Of a stretch of DNA of 64,000 nt, positions 48,697 through 60,800 are shown piece after piece; positions within the stretch are counted from its first letter, which is position 1; the number at the start of each line of letters is the position of its first letter. Under the pieces are notes generated by a model that had not been told where the DNA came from, searched no databases, and saw nothing but the letters and a program-made list of their open reading frames with translations. The translations under genes were made by a program, and so were the position numbers. Origin of the DNA: a virus; UHGV virus genome UHGV-1367859; one strand, given 5' to 3'.

Positions 48697-51600
48697 ATGA
48701 TGTATTCAGATAATCATATATTTAAAGGCCTAAGGAGAGATGTTCACCCATCAAGACAAGATGAGTCTTTTTTATGGGATGCTTTAAATGTGAGACTTAC
48801 TAATAGGGATAGTGATACTGGGTTTTCTATCACTAATGAGAAGGGAAATACGGACACTGGTGTTGTTTTTGATGGGTAGTACGTAGGACATTGTGTGCTT
48901 AATAGATACTTAGTAGTATTTACTGTAAGTTAGAATGACACTCAGGAAGTATCTAGAATATATAGACTCCATGAAGATAAAGGGGAGTGGATTAAAGTTA
49001 CTCTATTTGAAGGAGTGCTAGGTCTTGATGCTAATCACCCTCTAGAAATATTAGGGGATAGTGAGTCAGTTCTTGTGAATAAGTTGTATTGGACAGATGG
49101 AATTAACCAGCCTAGAGTTATTAATATAACTGCCCCAGAGTTGAAACTTCCTGAAGATATAGCTAGTAAAGTTATAGTAGACGGAGTTAATTTCTCAAAT
49201 CCATAGAAAAGTGAGGGAGTTTCCTAGGAAGTTATAGAAAATCTAGAAAAGTGGTATGAAAAAGGAAATTGGATATACAGAGCTGAGTCTCCATTTGATT
49301 TTGTATAGAACCTATAGTTAAAAGAAAGAGTACTGGTAGGTAGAAGTTCCAGTCATGGAGAATTTTCTCCTGGAGTAATTCAATATGCTCTTACATACTT
49401 TAATAAGTATGGGCAAGAAAGTAACATATTCTATGTATCTCCCATATAGTATATAAGGAATTATGATAGAGCTGGTAATCCAGAAGAGAAGGTTATAACT
49501 TCTTTCACAATTAAAGTAGAAAATGTTGATAACTTTGATTATATAAGGGTTTATTCTATACATAGAACTTCACTAGACGCATAGCCTACAGTTAAGATTG
49601 TAGCTGACTTAGACTTAAAAGATTGCTAGGAGGAAAGTGCTGAAGGAGAATACTGGTATGATGTGTTTGGTTCTGAGGATTAGCTGGTAAAAACAATTGA
49701 ATATACAGATACTGGTCTTACTGGTTCAATAGAAGACCCTGCTAAACTATTATATACTGGGGGACAAACAATATTAGCTGGAACTATCACTAGCAAAGAA
49801 GGAGTGATGTTTTATGGAAACATTACTGTTCAGAAAAATACTAAAGAACTAACTACATTACTTCAATAGGAAGAGGCTGAAAATGGGGACTCTTTAGGGT
49901 TAACAGATTGTTTTTTAGCCGAAGATACTTATGATAATTAGGGTATAAATAAATACTATCCTTATCTACCATAGTTTAAGCCTGGTCATTTTAAGGCAGG
50001 AGAAACATATAGATTAGGAGTTCAATTTTAGTTTAAGACTGGAGAATGGTCAGAACCTATTCCATTAAACAAAGTCATAAGGAATAGTGATGGTGATGGT
50101 GATGGTTTTCTTGATGTAGAGTTAAATAATTCATATTCTTGGGGCACTATTGACGGGGTGGATACTAAGGAACTTTAGTTATTCCCTAATGCAACTGCCT
50201 CATTATTAAAAGCTGGAGTAAGAAGGGCTAGAACTTGTGTTGTTTTCCCTAAGCCAGCGGAGAGAAATATTATATGTTAGGGAGTTTTAAATCCTACTGT
50301 CTACAGTGTGAGAGGAAGGCACATGAATAACCCATATGCAATGTCATCTTGGTTCTTTAGGCCATCTCCTGTATATGTAGATGGAAAGCCAAAAGAAACC
50401 TCTACCTCGATAGATTAGGGGTCGACTATTTAGTATAAACATAATTATACACTTTTCAGTGGAGGTAATAGAAGTGCTGAAATATAGTCATCTCTGCCAG
50501 GAGATTCCAATAAGTCAATATAGGAAATTATTTCTCCCTCTGATGGTATAAAGTCTCATTATTCAACTTTTGCTGTTGATAGTAACTTAGTTACTTTACA
50601 TTCCCCAGAAATTGAGTATGGGTCCTATATAAATACTACTCAATTAGAAGGAGCAAGGCTAAATATTGTTGGAGCCGCTAGCCTACATGGATTGTATGGA
50701 GATATAGATTTAGCAGTGACCTCTAAAGCTAGTTCTCAGGCTGGAGGATTTATACATCATCCTGTAGGATTTCCAGTGAACTGTACTACTCCTAATACTA
50801 CTGTTAATGGAGGATTTGTATCATCATGTTGTTTTGAAGATAAAATACTAAGAGGGGATTTTTTAGATGAGGATAGGACAGGTATTGTTAAATATTTAGT
50901 TTATCCTTGGCATAGAACAGGCTCACTAAATAATGATATTGTCAGGTCTCCTGAGATTATAGAGAAATCCGGAAGTGATAGAACAGCTATACTAAAATGG
51001 AAGATTATTTCCAATTTAAAGTATTTTGAAAGTAAGTCAACTTTTTTTAACTCTAATAACCACAATATTAAAATTACAACTCCTAAGTTATTCTCTTCTA
51101 AAGAGGTTACAGGCTTAACTGTTCGTGTTCCACATTTAGACTAGGATGTACTATACTTTGGAAATGTAGATGATATTGTATCAGCCACATCAGATTATCC
51201 TATTTATGCTGGTACTGATGATAGTATTTCACAAGTATCCCCTACTAATGTATCTACTTCTGGGGAGTCAGTAAGAATGAAGTATAAATCATCTCCTCAC
51301 TTAGTATTCTCTTTATATGATGAGGATAACCCTAAGGTTATTCCAGTACTACCATACACTTCTGTTACTGGTGAGACTATAACTTCATAGTATACCCCCT
51401 CTGGATGGGAGAATAATACTTCTACCAGTACTTCATATCCTATCCTTTCATTTATAGGCTCAAAAACCTTTTATGGGACTTATAACAAAGAGGGGAACTT
51501 AGTACTAGATGTTGACGATACAAGTGTGACTGCTCTAGGAACCTATCAGATTGTAATGGCTTACATTGGATCCATAGCTAAGCGTGTATTGGTTAAAAGG

Positions 51601-53466
51601 GTAAAGATAGGAGAAGCAGGGTATTGGCAGGTACAAAACTCAGGAACTAAAGTGACTGTTTTAGTGAAGAAAGGATGTATAATCTATCATCACTATGTAA
51701 ATGGTGAGTGGGTAGGAGTTCTTCAGAATGCGGGGCCAATAAAATGGGGTCCTTTTGAAAACTTACAGGATGGTCATGATAACTTTTAGTATCTTGGGGA
51801 TTAGGTATTATTAAACTTAAAGGTATCTCTCGGAAATATAGTTGGTATTACATCTTATAAAATGTATTCAGAGCCATCTACAGATAATACAGATAATACA
51901 GATAATACAGATAATACGTTTACCATCCAGAATAGCACTCTGTAGTTACTTGAAGAGGATAAAGATTATTCCCCCACATTACCTATAGCTGAATTAACAT
52001 AGTGGGTTGACCCAGACACTAGGTTTGGAGGTAAATCGGATGAAGCTATCAAAAATAACTTATGGGTTCCAAGTAGTGAGTCAGTTCCTCTTGTATCAAC
52101 TCCACATAAGATAATTACGATTCCTTATGCCTATGGGGATACATGGTGTACAAGATATGATTGTGTAAAGACTTATCCTTTTGCAGATGATGATACTAAT
52201 TAGATAGTAGAAATAGGTTCATTTATGCTTGAGTCACATATTAATCTTGATGGAAGATACGATACTAAAAGAGGGCAGCTATCCAACTTCGACATTACTC
52301 CTGACTCTTATAAGATAAATGAAGTATACTCTTAGTTAGATAACTTCTTTAACTACAGAACACTAGACAAGGACTATTATAAAATAGATACATTTCCTTA
52401 CTAGGTAGCATGGTCCTTAAAGAAAAATCCCTAGTCTATAATTGACCCATGGACTAATGTCACTTTAGCTAGTACCTTAGACCTTCCTGCTGATAAAGGG
52501 TCTGTAACATGTCTAACCTCCATCAATGATACTCTTATTGGCTTCTAGGAAAAATCTATTAGCTAGATTATGTTTAATTCTAGAGTATAGCTCAATCCTA
52601 CAGACGGAGTACCTATTGAGATAGGAAATTCAAACAGAGTAGATGGGTTCAGGATTCTATCCTCTACTATTGGATGTGCTAATAAATGGTCTATTATTCC
52701 TACCTCAACAGGTCTATTCTTCATAGATAACGAGTCCAAAAGTATTTATAGATATGGTTAGGAATTAGTAAATGTAAGTGAGCTTTCAGGAATGAGTTAG
52801 TGGGTTAAGAATGATGTTGACTTATCAGAGTGGACTCCTACAGGAATGGGAGTAAGAAGCTTTGTTGATAATATGAATGGGGATGTATATTTCTCTCCAG
52901 CTCATGGCGAAGAAGCTTTATGTTTCTCAACTAAGCTTAACTAGTTCACTTCCTTTTTAAGTTATGGTGAAACTGAAGGTATGTTTGACTTTGAAGGTGG
53001 TTTTTACTCTATAAAATAGGAATAGGATAAAGTTAGGCTATGGGAGAACTTCACTGGGGTATATAATGAGTTCTATGGTAACTTTAAACCATTTAGTTTC
53101 ACTTATATATCTAATGGTAATTCTCCTTACACAAAAATTTTTGACACAGTGGAAGTTAATGCTGAAGTACGGAACTTTGGCCAAAAGGATAATTCTGATA
53201 AGCCATTTGATTTTATCCAAGCAGAGAATGACTATTAGAAAGCTTATACTGACCTCACTAATAGTAGAGATATAAGGAAGAAGTTTAATATATGGAGGAT
53301 TAATATTCCTAGGTCTCCTTATGTAGCACAAGATGGTAAAGATGTTATAAGGCACTATGGTAGGGCAAGGATTAGAAATCCATGGAGTGAAATAACTCTA
53401 GGGAGTGCCTCACATAAAAACTAGAGAGTGACAATATATAATGTATCTACTAAGTACTCTATGTAA
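48697..53466 (+). CDS. giant tail-fibre/tailspike-like protein, about 1,590 codons with about 50 in-frame TAG codons
   Basis: Frame 1 stays open from ATGATG at 48697 to TAA at 53464-53466 with no TAA/TGA. It absorbs the track ORFs 48628-48879, 49015-49206, 50692-51144 and 51526-51789, which are all in this frame. It carries DNT and DG repeats and is followed by a terminator. Confidence 0.6.
51888..51923 (+). repeat. 4 tandem copies of a 9-bp repeat (gataataca) inside the tail-fibre gene
   Basis: gataatacagataatacagataatacagataatacg encodes (DNT)4. Confidence 0.6.
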
Positions 53467-53467
53467 T

Positions 53468-53512
53468 TAAAAAGGTGTAAGAAAAACCTTACACCTTTTT
53501 AATTAATTGTAT
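53468..53512 (+). terminator. rho-independent terminator
   Basis: Hairpin aaaaggtgtaag-aaaaac-cttacaccttttt. Confidence 0.55.
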
Positions 53513-53516
53513 TATA

Positions 53517-53555
53517 CTATTGTATTAGTGGGATATTTTTGCTACATTTGCATAC
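53517..53555 (+). promoter_or_regulatory. Bacteroidetes-type promoter (-7 TACATTTG; spacing to -33 about 23)
   Basis: TACATTTG at 53543-53550 upstream of the ATG at 53569. Confidence 0.35.
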
Positions 53556-53568
53556 AAAATTCATTTAG

Positions 53569-56043
53569 ATGGCAAAGAAACTTATTAAAAAAAGAACAAA
53601 TAAACTCCTTTTTGGGAGGAATAATTATTTTGCATGGGGAGGTACTCCTGATTATCTAGCTGGAATACCAGGTATGGATGATGCTTTTTCTATGCCTGGT
53701 ATTAGAGAAACTATGCCTGGAGAAGCTATATCAACAGGGCTGCAAGCTCTTACTAAAACTACTCAACCAACTGCTGCTTCAGCAACCCTTCCTCTTCCAC
53801 CATCTGGAACTACTAATCCATCCTTAGGACTTACTCAATTGGGCAAACAGGGTATAGGACTAGGAAGTGCCTTAACTGGTTCAATTGTAGGTAATGTAAT
53901 TGGAGGAAAAAGGTCTAGTGCAGTAGGAAATGGAATTAGTAGTATAGGCTCAACTGTAGGTGGAGCCTTAATGTCTGTAAACCCAATGGTTGGGGGTATA
54001 GTAATGGGAGCAAGTTAGCTACTTGGAGGAGTTACTAATAACTTATTTGGTTCTGAAAGAAATGAAAAACTTATAAGTTCTTTAAATAATCAAATATCCC
54101 AGGCTGGACAGTTTAAATCAAGTGCTACTGATTATGATGCTTTAGCTTAGGAGATGGCTACTGCTCCAACAGTTGGATACTTTAATCATGATGATTTAGG
54201 CAGTTAGGGTGCATTTAGTCATGATATAGATGATTTATATTAGGATATGAGCAAAAGAGCTGATACTGCTAGGCAATATGTTAGTTCTTCTTTAGAAAAT
54301 GCACAGTATAATATAGGATAGACTAGGAAGAGGGATATACTTAGAAACATAGCCTCATATGGAGGTCCATTGTACTTTGCAGAAGGTGGAGGAATACATA
54401 TTAACCCAGAGAATAGAGGTAAGTTCAATGCTACTAAGAAGAGAACAGGAAAGACTACAGAGGAATTAACCCATAGTAAAAATCCTTTAACTAGAAAGAG
54501 AGCTATATTTGCTTAGAACGCTGCTAAGTGGCATCATGCCTTTGGAGGAGACCTTATGACACATGGAGCTGACTTTGATACAGGACTTGTTCTTGTGGGT
54601 AATGGAGGTACACATGAAGAAAACCCTAATGAAGGAGTTCCTATGGGAATGGATGCTGAAGGCATTCCTAACCTTGTAGAAGAGGGAGAAGTTATCTTCA
54701 ATGATTATGTATTTAGTAACAGACTAAGAGTTCCAAAAGCAGTAAGAAAGAAATATAAACTAAGAGGAACAAAACCTCTCACCTTTGCAGATGCTGCTAT
54801 TCAAATGAGCAAAGAATCTGAAGAGAGGCCTAATGACCCTATAAGTCAAGCAGGTCTTGTAGATAGTATGGCTAAGTTGATGTCAGTACAAGAGCAAGTA
54901 AGAACCAAAGGTGATAAGAACAAGTTTGCAAAAGGTGGTAAGATGGGAAGAGTCTATGCTGGTGAGCAAGGAGACCCTTATTCTAACCTACTAGCTTTAG
55001 GTTTAGGTCCCATAAATCCTTCCTTTACTACATTCGGTTTTGATAGTCCTACCCCACAAGATACCCCAGCACCAAGAAATAAAATGGGCATTGTACTTGG
55101 AGGATACACTTCAAATCCTACTGTAATAAAGCCAGGTGAATCTACTATACCAGGAATAATTAGAACTAACAATACTAAATATCCATCTCCTCCTCTTATA
55201 AATAAAAAAGATTCTATTGGAGATAGCACATCAACTGAACTGGCTCCTACTTGGATGAGATATGTACCTGCATTTGCTTCTGGTGTAATGTCTATCACAG
55301 ATGCACTAGGTTTGACCAATAAACCTGACTATGGAGAAGCAGAAGCTGCACTTGAAGCATCAAGAGGAGCAGGCAACTATACTCCTGTAAAATTTAGTCC
55401 TGTTAGTAACTATTTAACCTACAGACCTTTTGATAGGGATTTCTATATTAACAAACTCAATGCTCAAGCTGGAGCTACTAGGAGGAGTATCCTTGATACT
55501 TCAGGAGGTAACAGAGCAACTGCAATGGCAGGGCTTCTTGCAGCTGATTATAATGCACAAGGAAGGATGGGAGACCTTTTCAGGCAAGCTGAAGAGTATA
55601 ACCTTGCACAGAGACAAAAAGTTGAAGAATTTAATAGAGCAACTAATATGTTCAACTCTGAAGGAATATTCAAAGCTGACCAAGCTAACCAAGCAGCACA
55701 GCTTCAGGCAAGGTCTGCATCTCTTAAGGGAGCACTTACTGCTGCTGAACTCAGACAAAGAGAGAGACAGCAAGCTGCTGCTGCTAGGAGTGCTAATCTA
55801 TCAAACTTTATCAACTCTATTGGTGATATTGGCAGGGAGAACTTTTCAAGAAATATGATTATAAGCGACCCATCTAAGTACTATAGCATCGGGGATAATG
55901 GAGAAATTTCCTATAAAGACCCCTTCTATGATTTATCCGAAGCAGAGCAGGATTATGTAACTGGCCATGCTAGTAGAAAGAGTAAAAGCAAAGGTAGTAC
56001 TAAGAAAGCAAAAGGTGGTTATTTAACTATAAATAGAAAATAA
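53569..56043 (+). CDS. large virion protein with a Gly-rich N-terminus (tail-associated candidate); about 6 in-frame TAG in the first third
   Basis: Track ORFs 53569-54018 and 54556-56043 are in the same frame. The intervening 540 nt is open apart from TAG codons. It ends with TAA. Confidence 0.5.
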
Positions 56044-56044
56044 T

Positions 56045-57823
56045 ATGGCAAGCTACGGTTTAATACTTAATACTAAATTCAAGCCATTCTCCTATGCAGA
56101 GATGCTTGCACCTGTAGCTGCTGCTACTCAAGCACATCAAGCTCTAGAAGAGGAATATGGCAAACTATCTGCTAAGGCTAATGTATGGGAAGAAATGGCT
56201 AATGAACAAACAGACCCTTACGCATATAAGATGTATAAGACCTATTCTGATGACCTTGAGACTAGAGCTGAACAGTTAATGAGGTATGGTCTTAATCCAG
56301 CAAGTAGGAAGAGTATGCTTGATATGAGAGCAAGATATAGCAAGGAAATAGTCCCTATTGAAACTGCTTATAAGAGAAGAGAGGCACTGGCACAGGAACA
56401 GAGACAAGCTATGGCTAAAGACCCTACTCTAAGGTATCAAAGATATGCTAGAGATATGAGCTTAGACGATTTTATAAAATCTCCTTCATTAGATTATGGC
56501 AGTAGTTATTCAGGAGAGCTGCTTAGAAAGCAGGTAAGTCAAATAGTAGCTAATTATCAGAGAGAATTGACTGACCCAGGCAAGCTGGAGAAACTAGGAC
56601 TACCTTATCAGTATAAGATTAAGAAACAGCAAGGAGCTACTTCTGCTGATATATGGGCTACCATAAACAGAGATGCTAGTATGGGAAATCCTGAAGCAGT
56701 GGCCTTTCTTACAAGAATGAGGGATTCAGCTTTACAAGCATCTGGAGTATATGACTGGGCCAGTAAAGAGGACTTGGTGCACTTCCAGAACTTTGCTAAT
56801 CTTGGATTGGCTGATGCTATTGGTAAATCTGACATAAGTACAGTTAAAGATGACTATAGTATAGCTATGGCTAAAGCTGCTTATAGTGGTCTTGGAAGGT
56901 CTAGAAGGACTAGAAGGGGAGGTGATTCAAATGATAATGACAGATTGCCCTACAGAAGAATATCTACTATTTCTGACACTGATAAGAAATCAATGAGTAA
57001 AGGGAAATCAGTACTAGAATTTGTAAATGGGATGATGGGTCATTACGGAGAATTAGCTAATGCCAACAAGGCAGTAACCCTTTCTAGAAAAGACTCTAAG
57101 AAGTTGCTAGAGACTCCCGCAGATGCCACAAGAACGCAGGTTAATATCGGGGCAAGGACTAATGGGCAAGAAATAGATACAAGCCTTACTTCTGCAAATG
57201 CTGGTAGACGGAGGAAATCTCTTGATGAATATGCTTCCAAATATGGTACTTCTATAGACTACTCTAGTGAAGCAGCATATGAAGCTAGTATAAAAAAACT
57301 GCAAGGAGCTGTACAACAAGATATACAGAAGTCAATGTCACTTAGCTCTGTATGGTATCCTAATTCTACAAATCTTGAATATGTAACGGAGCCAATTGTC
57401 CAAGCAGTTCAGACTTTAAGTACTACAGCTGCATTAAGAGGTGAAAGAACAGGCATAGTTGATAAAAAGGGCAAAGCAGTTTCTTCAAAAGACTTAGACA
57501 AAATAGTCTCAAGTAGAGCCAAAATTCAGTTTAATTTTAATAGAGGAGGTGACATAGAGGCATGGTTGAGCTATAAAGAAAAGGAGAATGGGGAAAATAA
57601 ATATATTAAAATACCTGTTGATGCTCTTGATATGGGGGATGGAACACTTATAGGCCTATATAGTAAAGCCTCCTCAGCTCAAAAATCTGGGGACTTTATA
57701 AGAGCAGCAGAGTATATGGATGATATACAATCATATCTAGATGCAGCTGCAAATTCTAGAGCAGAGGTACAATCAAAATCAAGTTCAAATTTAGAATTTT
57801 CATTCCCATGGCTAGAGGATTAA
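56045..57823 (+). CDS. large virion protein
   Basis: 592-aa intact ORF with a TAA stop. Confidence 0.5.
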   Translation: MASYGLILNTKFKPFSYAEMLAPVAAATQAHQALEEEYGKLSAKANVWEEMANEQTDPYAYKMYKTYSDDLETRAEQLMRYGLNPASRKSMLDMRARYSKEIVPIETAYKRREALAQEQRQAMAKDPTLRYQRYARDMSLDDFIKSPSLDYGSSYSGELLRKQVSQIVANYQRELTDPGKLEKLGLPYQYKIKKQQGATSADIWATINRDASMGNPEAVAFLTRMRDSALQASGVYDWASKEDLVHFQNFANLGLADAIGKSDISTVKDDYSIAMAKAAYSGLGRSRRTRRGGDSNDNDRLPYRRISTISDTDKKSMSKGKSVLEFVNGMMGHYGELANANKAVTLSRKDSKKLLETPADATRTQVNIGARTNGQEIDTSLTSANAGRRRKSLDEYASKYGTSIDYSSEAAYEASIKKLQGAVQQDIQKSMSLSSVWYPNSTNLEYVTEPIVQAVQTLSTTAALRGERTGIVDKKGKAVSSKDLDKIVSSRAKIQFNFNRGGDIEAWLSYKEKENGENKYIKIPVDALDMGDGTLIGLYSKASSAQKSGDFIRAAEYMDDIQSYLDAAANSRAEVQSKSSSNLEFSFPWLED

Positions 57824-60800
57824 CAGGTATAAATACAAAAGAAGGGGCGGCTAGAGAAGCAGACAGGATGGGTCAAGCTCCCACAAGTTTTAAATCAGCA
57901 GTAAGGCAGAGACTAAGAGAAACTCCCTCAACTCAGTATATAGGAGATACTGTACCAGAAACATTTGGTGACTCATCATATGATTATAATGCTGTGCTTC
58001 CTAGTGAACTTGAAGACCTTCAGGAGCTGAGAGCTTCTGAACAATCAGGTGTGAACCAACTAGCAGCAGGTATAGCCAAGGGGGCTATACTTGCTGGCGC
58101 TACATTTTTAGATGGTACTGTCGGACTGCTCCTAGGAGCTGGAGCTGCTATAAATGAGGGGAGATGGTCAGCTATTTGGGATAATGACTTCTCAAAAGCT
58201 ATGCAAGCTGTAAATGAGTGGTCAGAAGAAGCTCTTCCTAATTACTATTCCAAAGAAGAGCAAGAAGGGCCATGGTATGACAACATATTTACAGCTAACT
58301 TTATTGGTGATAAGTTCATTAAGAACTTAGGGTTCTCAGTAGGAGCCTTATATTCAGGAGGTGTAACCTCAGCTGGGCTTAAAGCTACAAAGCTGCCTCA
58401 ATTGATAGGAGCTATAACTAACAGTGCTAAAGCTCCTGCAATGGTATCTACAGCTGTTGGGGCTGTTACTTCGGCAGTAAATGAGGGAAGAATTGAGGCT
58501 TTGAACAATTCTAAGGACTGGCAAAACCTTAAAGTACAGGAGCTGGATGATATATGGAAGCAGAAATTAAACGAAAAGTATCAGCCTGAGCTAGATGCCT
58601 TAAAAGCAGAATATGATGCTGCTCTCGCAGAATATGAATCAACCAAAGGAACTCTTCAAAGAGCAGGTTCAGGGGATAGTACAGCTTTGGCAGACCCAGC
58701 TTATTAGAAGTACAGAGCCAAACTTGATAGTCTTGACAAAAAGATGGAGGCCCTACAAAACACTATGAGTGCTATGTGGGACAACAGGTCAGCTGATAAG
58801 ACATATAGGGAAGCCTTAGGTAGAATCTCAGAGGATAGACTTAAGATGGGAAATACAGACTTGCTTCTCAATCTTCCTATACTCATGGCCTCTAATATTG
58901 TTCAATTTACTAAGTTTTATTCTAGGGGATTTAACACTGGCAGGAGAGCCAGTGTGGGATTGGCTGAAGGGGCAACTAGAAATGCACCAAGATACATTGG
59001 AAAGGAATTTTCGCCTATAAAGGCAGCTGGAAAAGTTATAAAGGGCGCAGCAGCAGAAGGTACAGAAGAAATATCTCAGAGTGGCGCCAGTGCAATATCA
59101 GGGGATTATTATTCTACCGATGTTAACAACTTCATCAAATCAAAGATAGACCCAGATGCAGAGCAAGAGACCTTAAGTTGGACTAAATCTTTTGCTAAGG
59201 GTATCAATGAGACTATTAATGATAGTTCAGCTTGGGAGGAGTTTTTCATTGGTGCACTTACTGGTGCTTTGGGGATTCCCACATTTAGAAGTATGAAGAA
59301 CTCAGAGGGGGGATTTAGACTTCCTATAGAAATACAAGGTGGTGCTTGGAATGAAATAAAAGAGTATCAAAGAGAGGTTGCAAGGTCCCAAGAAGTTGCG
59401 AATTATCTTAACCAAAGGGTGCAATCTCCTGAGTTTCTCAATTATTATCAGGGTCTCATCAGACATAATAAGTACCAAAGAGACATGAATCAGGCTGTTG
59501 AGGATGATGATGAGTTTAACTTCAAAAATGCAGAACATGCTCAGTTTGTATCTGATATTATAATGTTTGATAATGCAGGAAGATTGGAAGACCTTAGAAC
59601 TCTTATAGATTCTTCCTTTGATATGTCAGATGAAAACTTGCAGTCTATAGTAGAGAATACTACTTCTACTGATGAAAATGGTAAAAGGATTGGCCCGTTT
59701 GTAGATAATAATGGGAATCCTATGTATGCTACTGAAGAGGGCAAGAAGTAGATGACTGCTAAGCTTACTGCTTCCAGGGATAATATGATTGCTACTTTAG
59801 ACAATTATGTAAAAACTAAAGAGAACATTGATATAAGAACAGGTGGAAATCTCACAGATGAGCAACTGTCAGAACTCACTTGGATGAAAACTCAGGTAGA
59901 TGACTGGACTAAGAGAGCCAATGAAATGACTCCCCTAGTCAAAAAGACTCTTGCTGATTTAAGCAACAATTTGGAACTCAGACTTGCATCTACTCTTAAT
60001 AATGTAAGTAGTGAAGGAAATGCCAGTGATATAGAAGCAGTAGGAGAACTTGCTAATAAACTTGGCATAGGGAGTAAAAGAATTAAGCAACTTATGGAAC
60101 TATCTCACATGGAAGATAGTAGGTTGGCTGCAATTTTGACATCCCCTAAAAATGAGAAATTTGTAGAGGGTCTCATAGAAGATATTAACAGCTTTGGTAG
60201 TGATATTATAGCATCGTTAGATAAACAAAATGTGGTGAGGCTCCTACAAGACTTACCAAAAATAGGTAAGGGGGTACAGACCTATAATAAGAAGTTAGAA
60301 GAGTACCTTACAGACCCTGCTAAAATTCAGGGGGATATTGAAGCTGCTACCCAACAGGTAGCTACTCAACAAGCTGAGAAGAAAGCTGCTGATTTAAAAA
60401 GCAGACTATCAGCTGCAAATAGTGTATCTGAACTAAGGTCTATCATTACTGAAGAGAACATGGATTCTGCTGTAGAGGGTGTTTTAGGGGAACTTGAAGC
60501 AGAAGGCAACCAAGTTGCAAAGAATTATAGAGAAACTGCCCAATACAATAGAGAACTGAATAAGGCTCTTTCAGAAACTGGGGAGGATGAATAGGTACTT
60601 CAAGATGCCATGTCCTTGTGGTAGGAACACTCTAATGCTGCTGAGAATCTTGAACAACTTGCTAATCCTAACTCCATCTTTATCAATAATGAAGAAGCCT
60701 TTATGGAAGACTCAGGTGGTGATGTAGATGTTGCTGGTAATAGGTTCCAAAATGCAAGATATGCTCTTCAGAGAGCCATGTCAAAGGTTAATAATGACAT

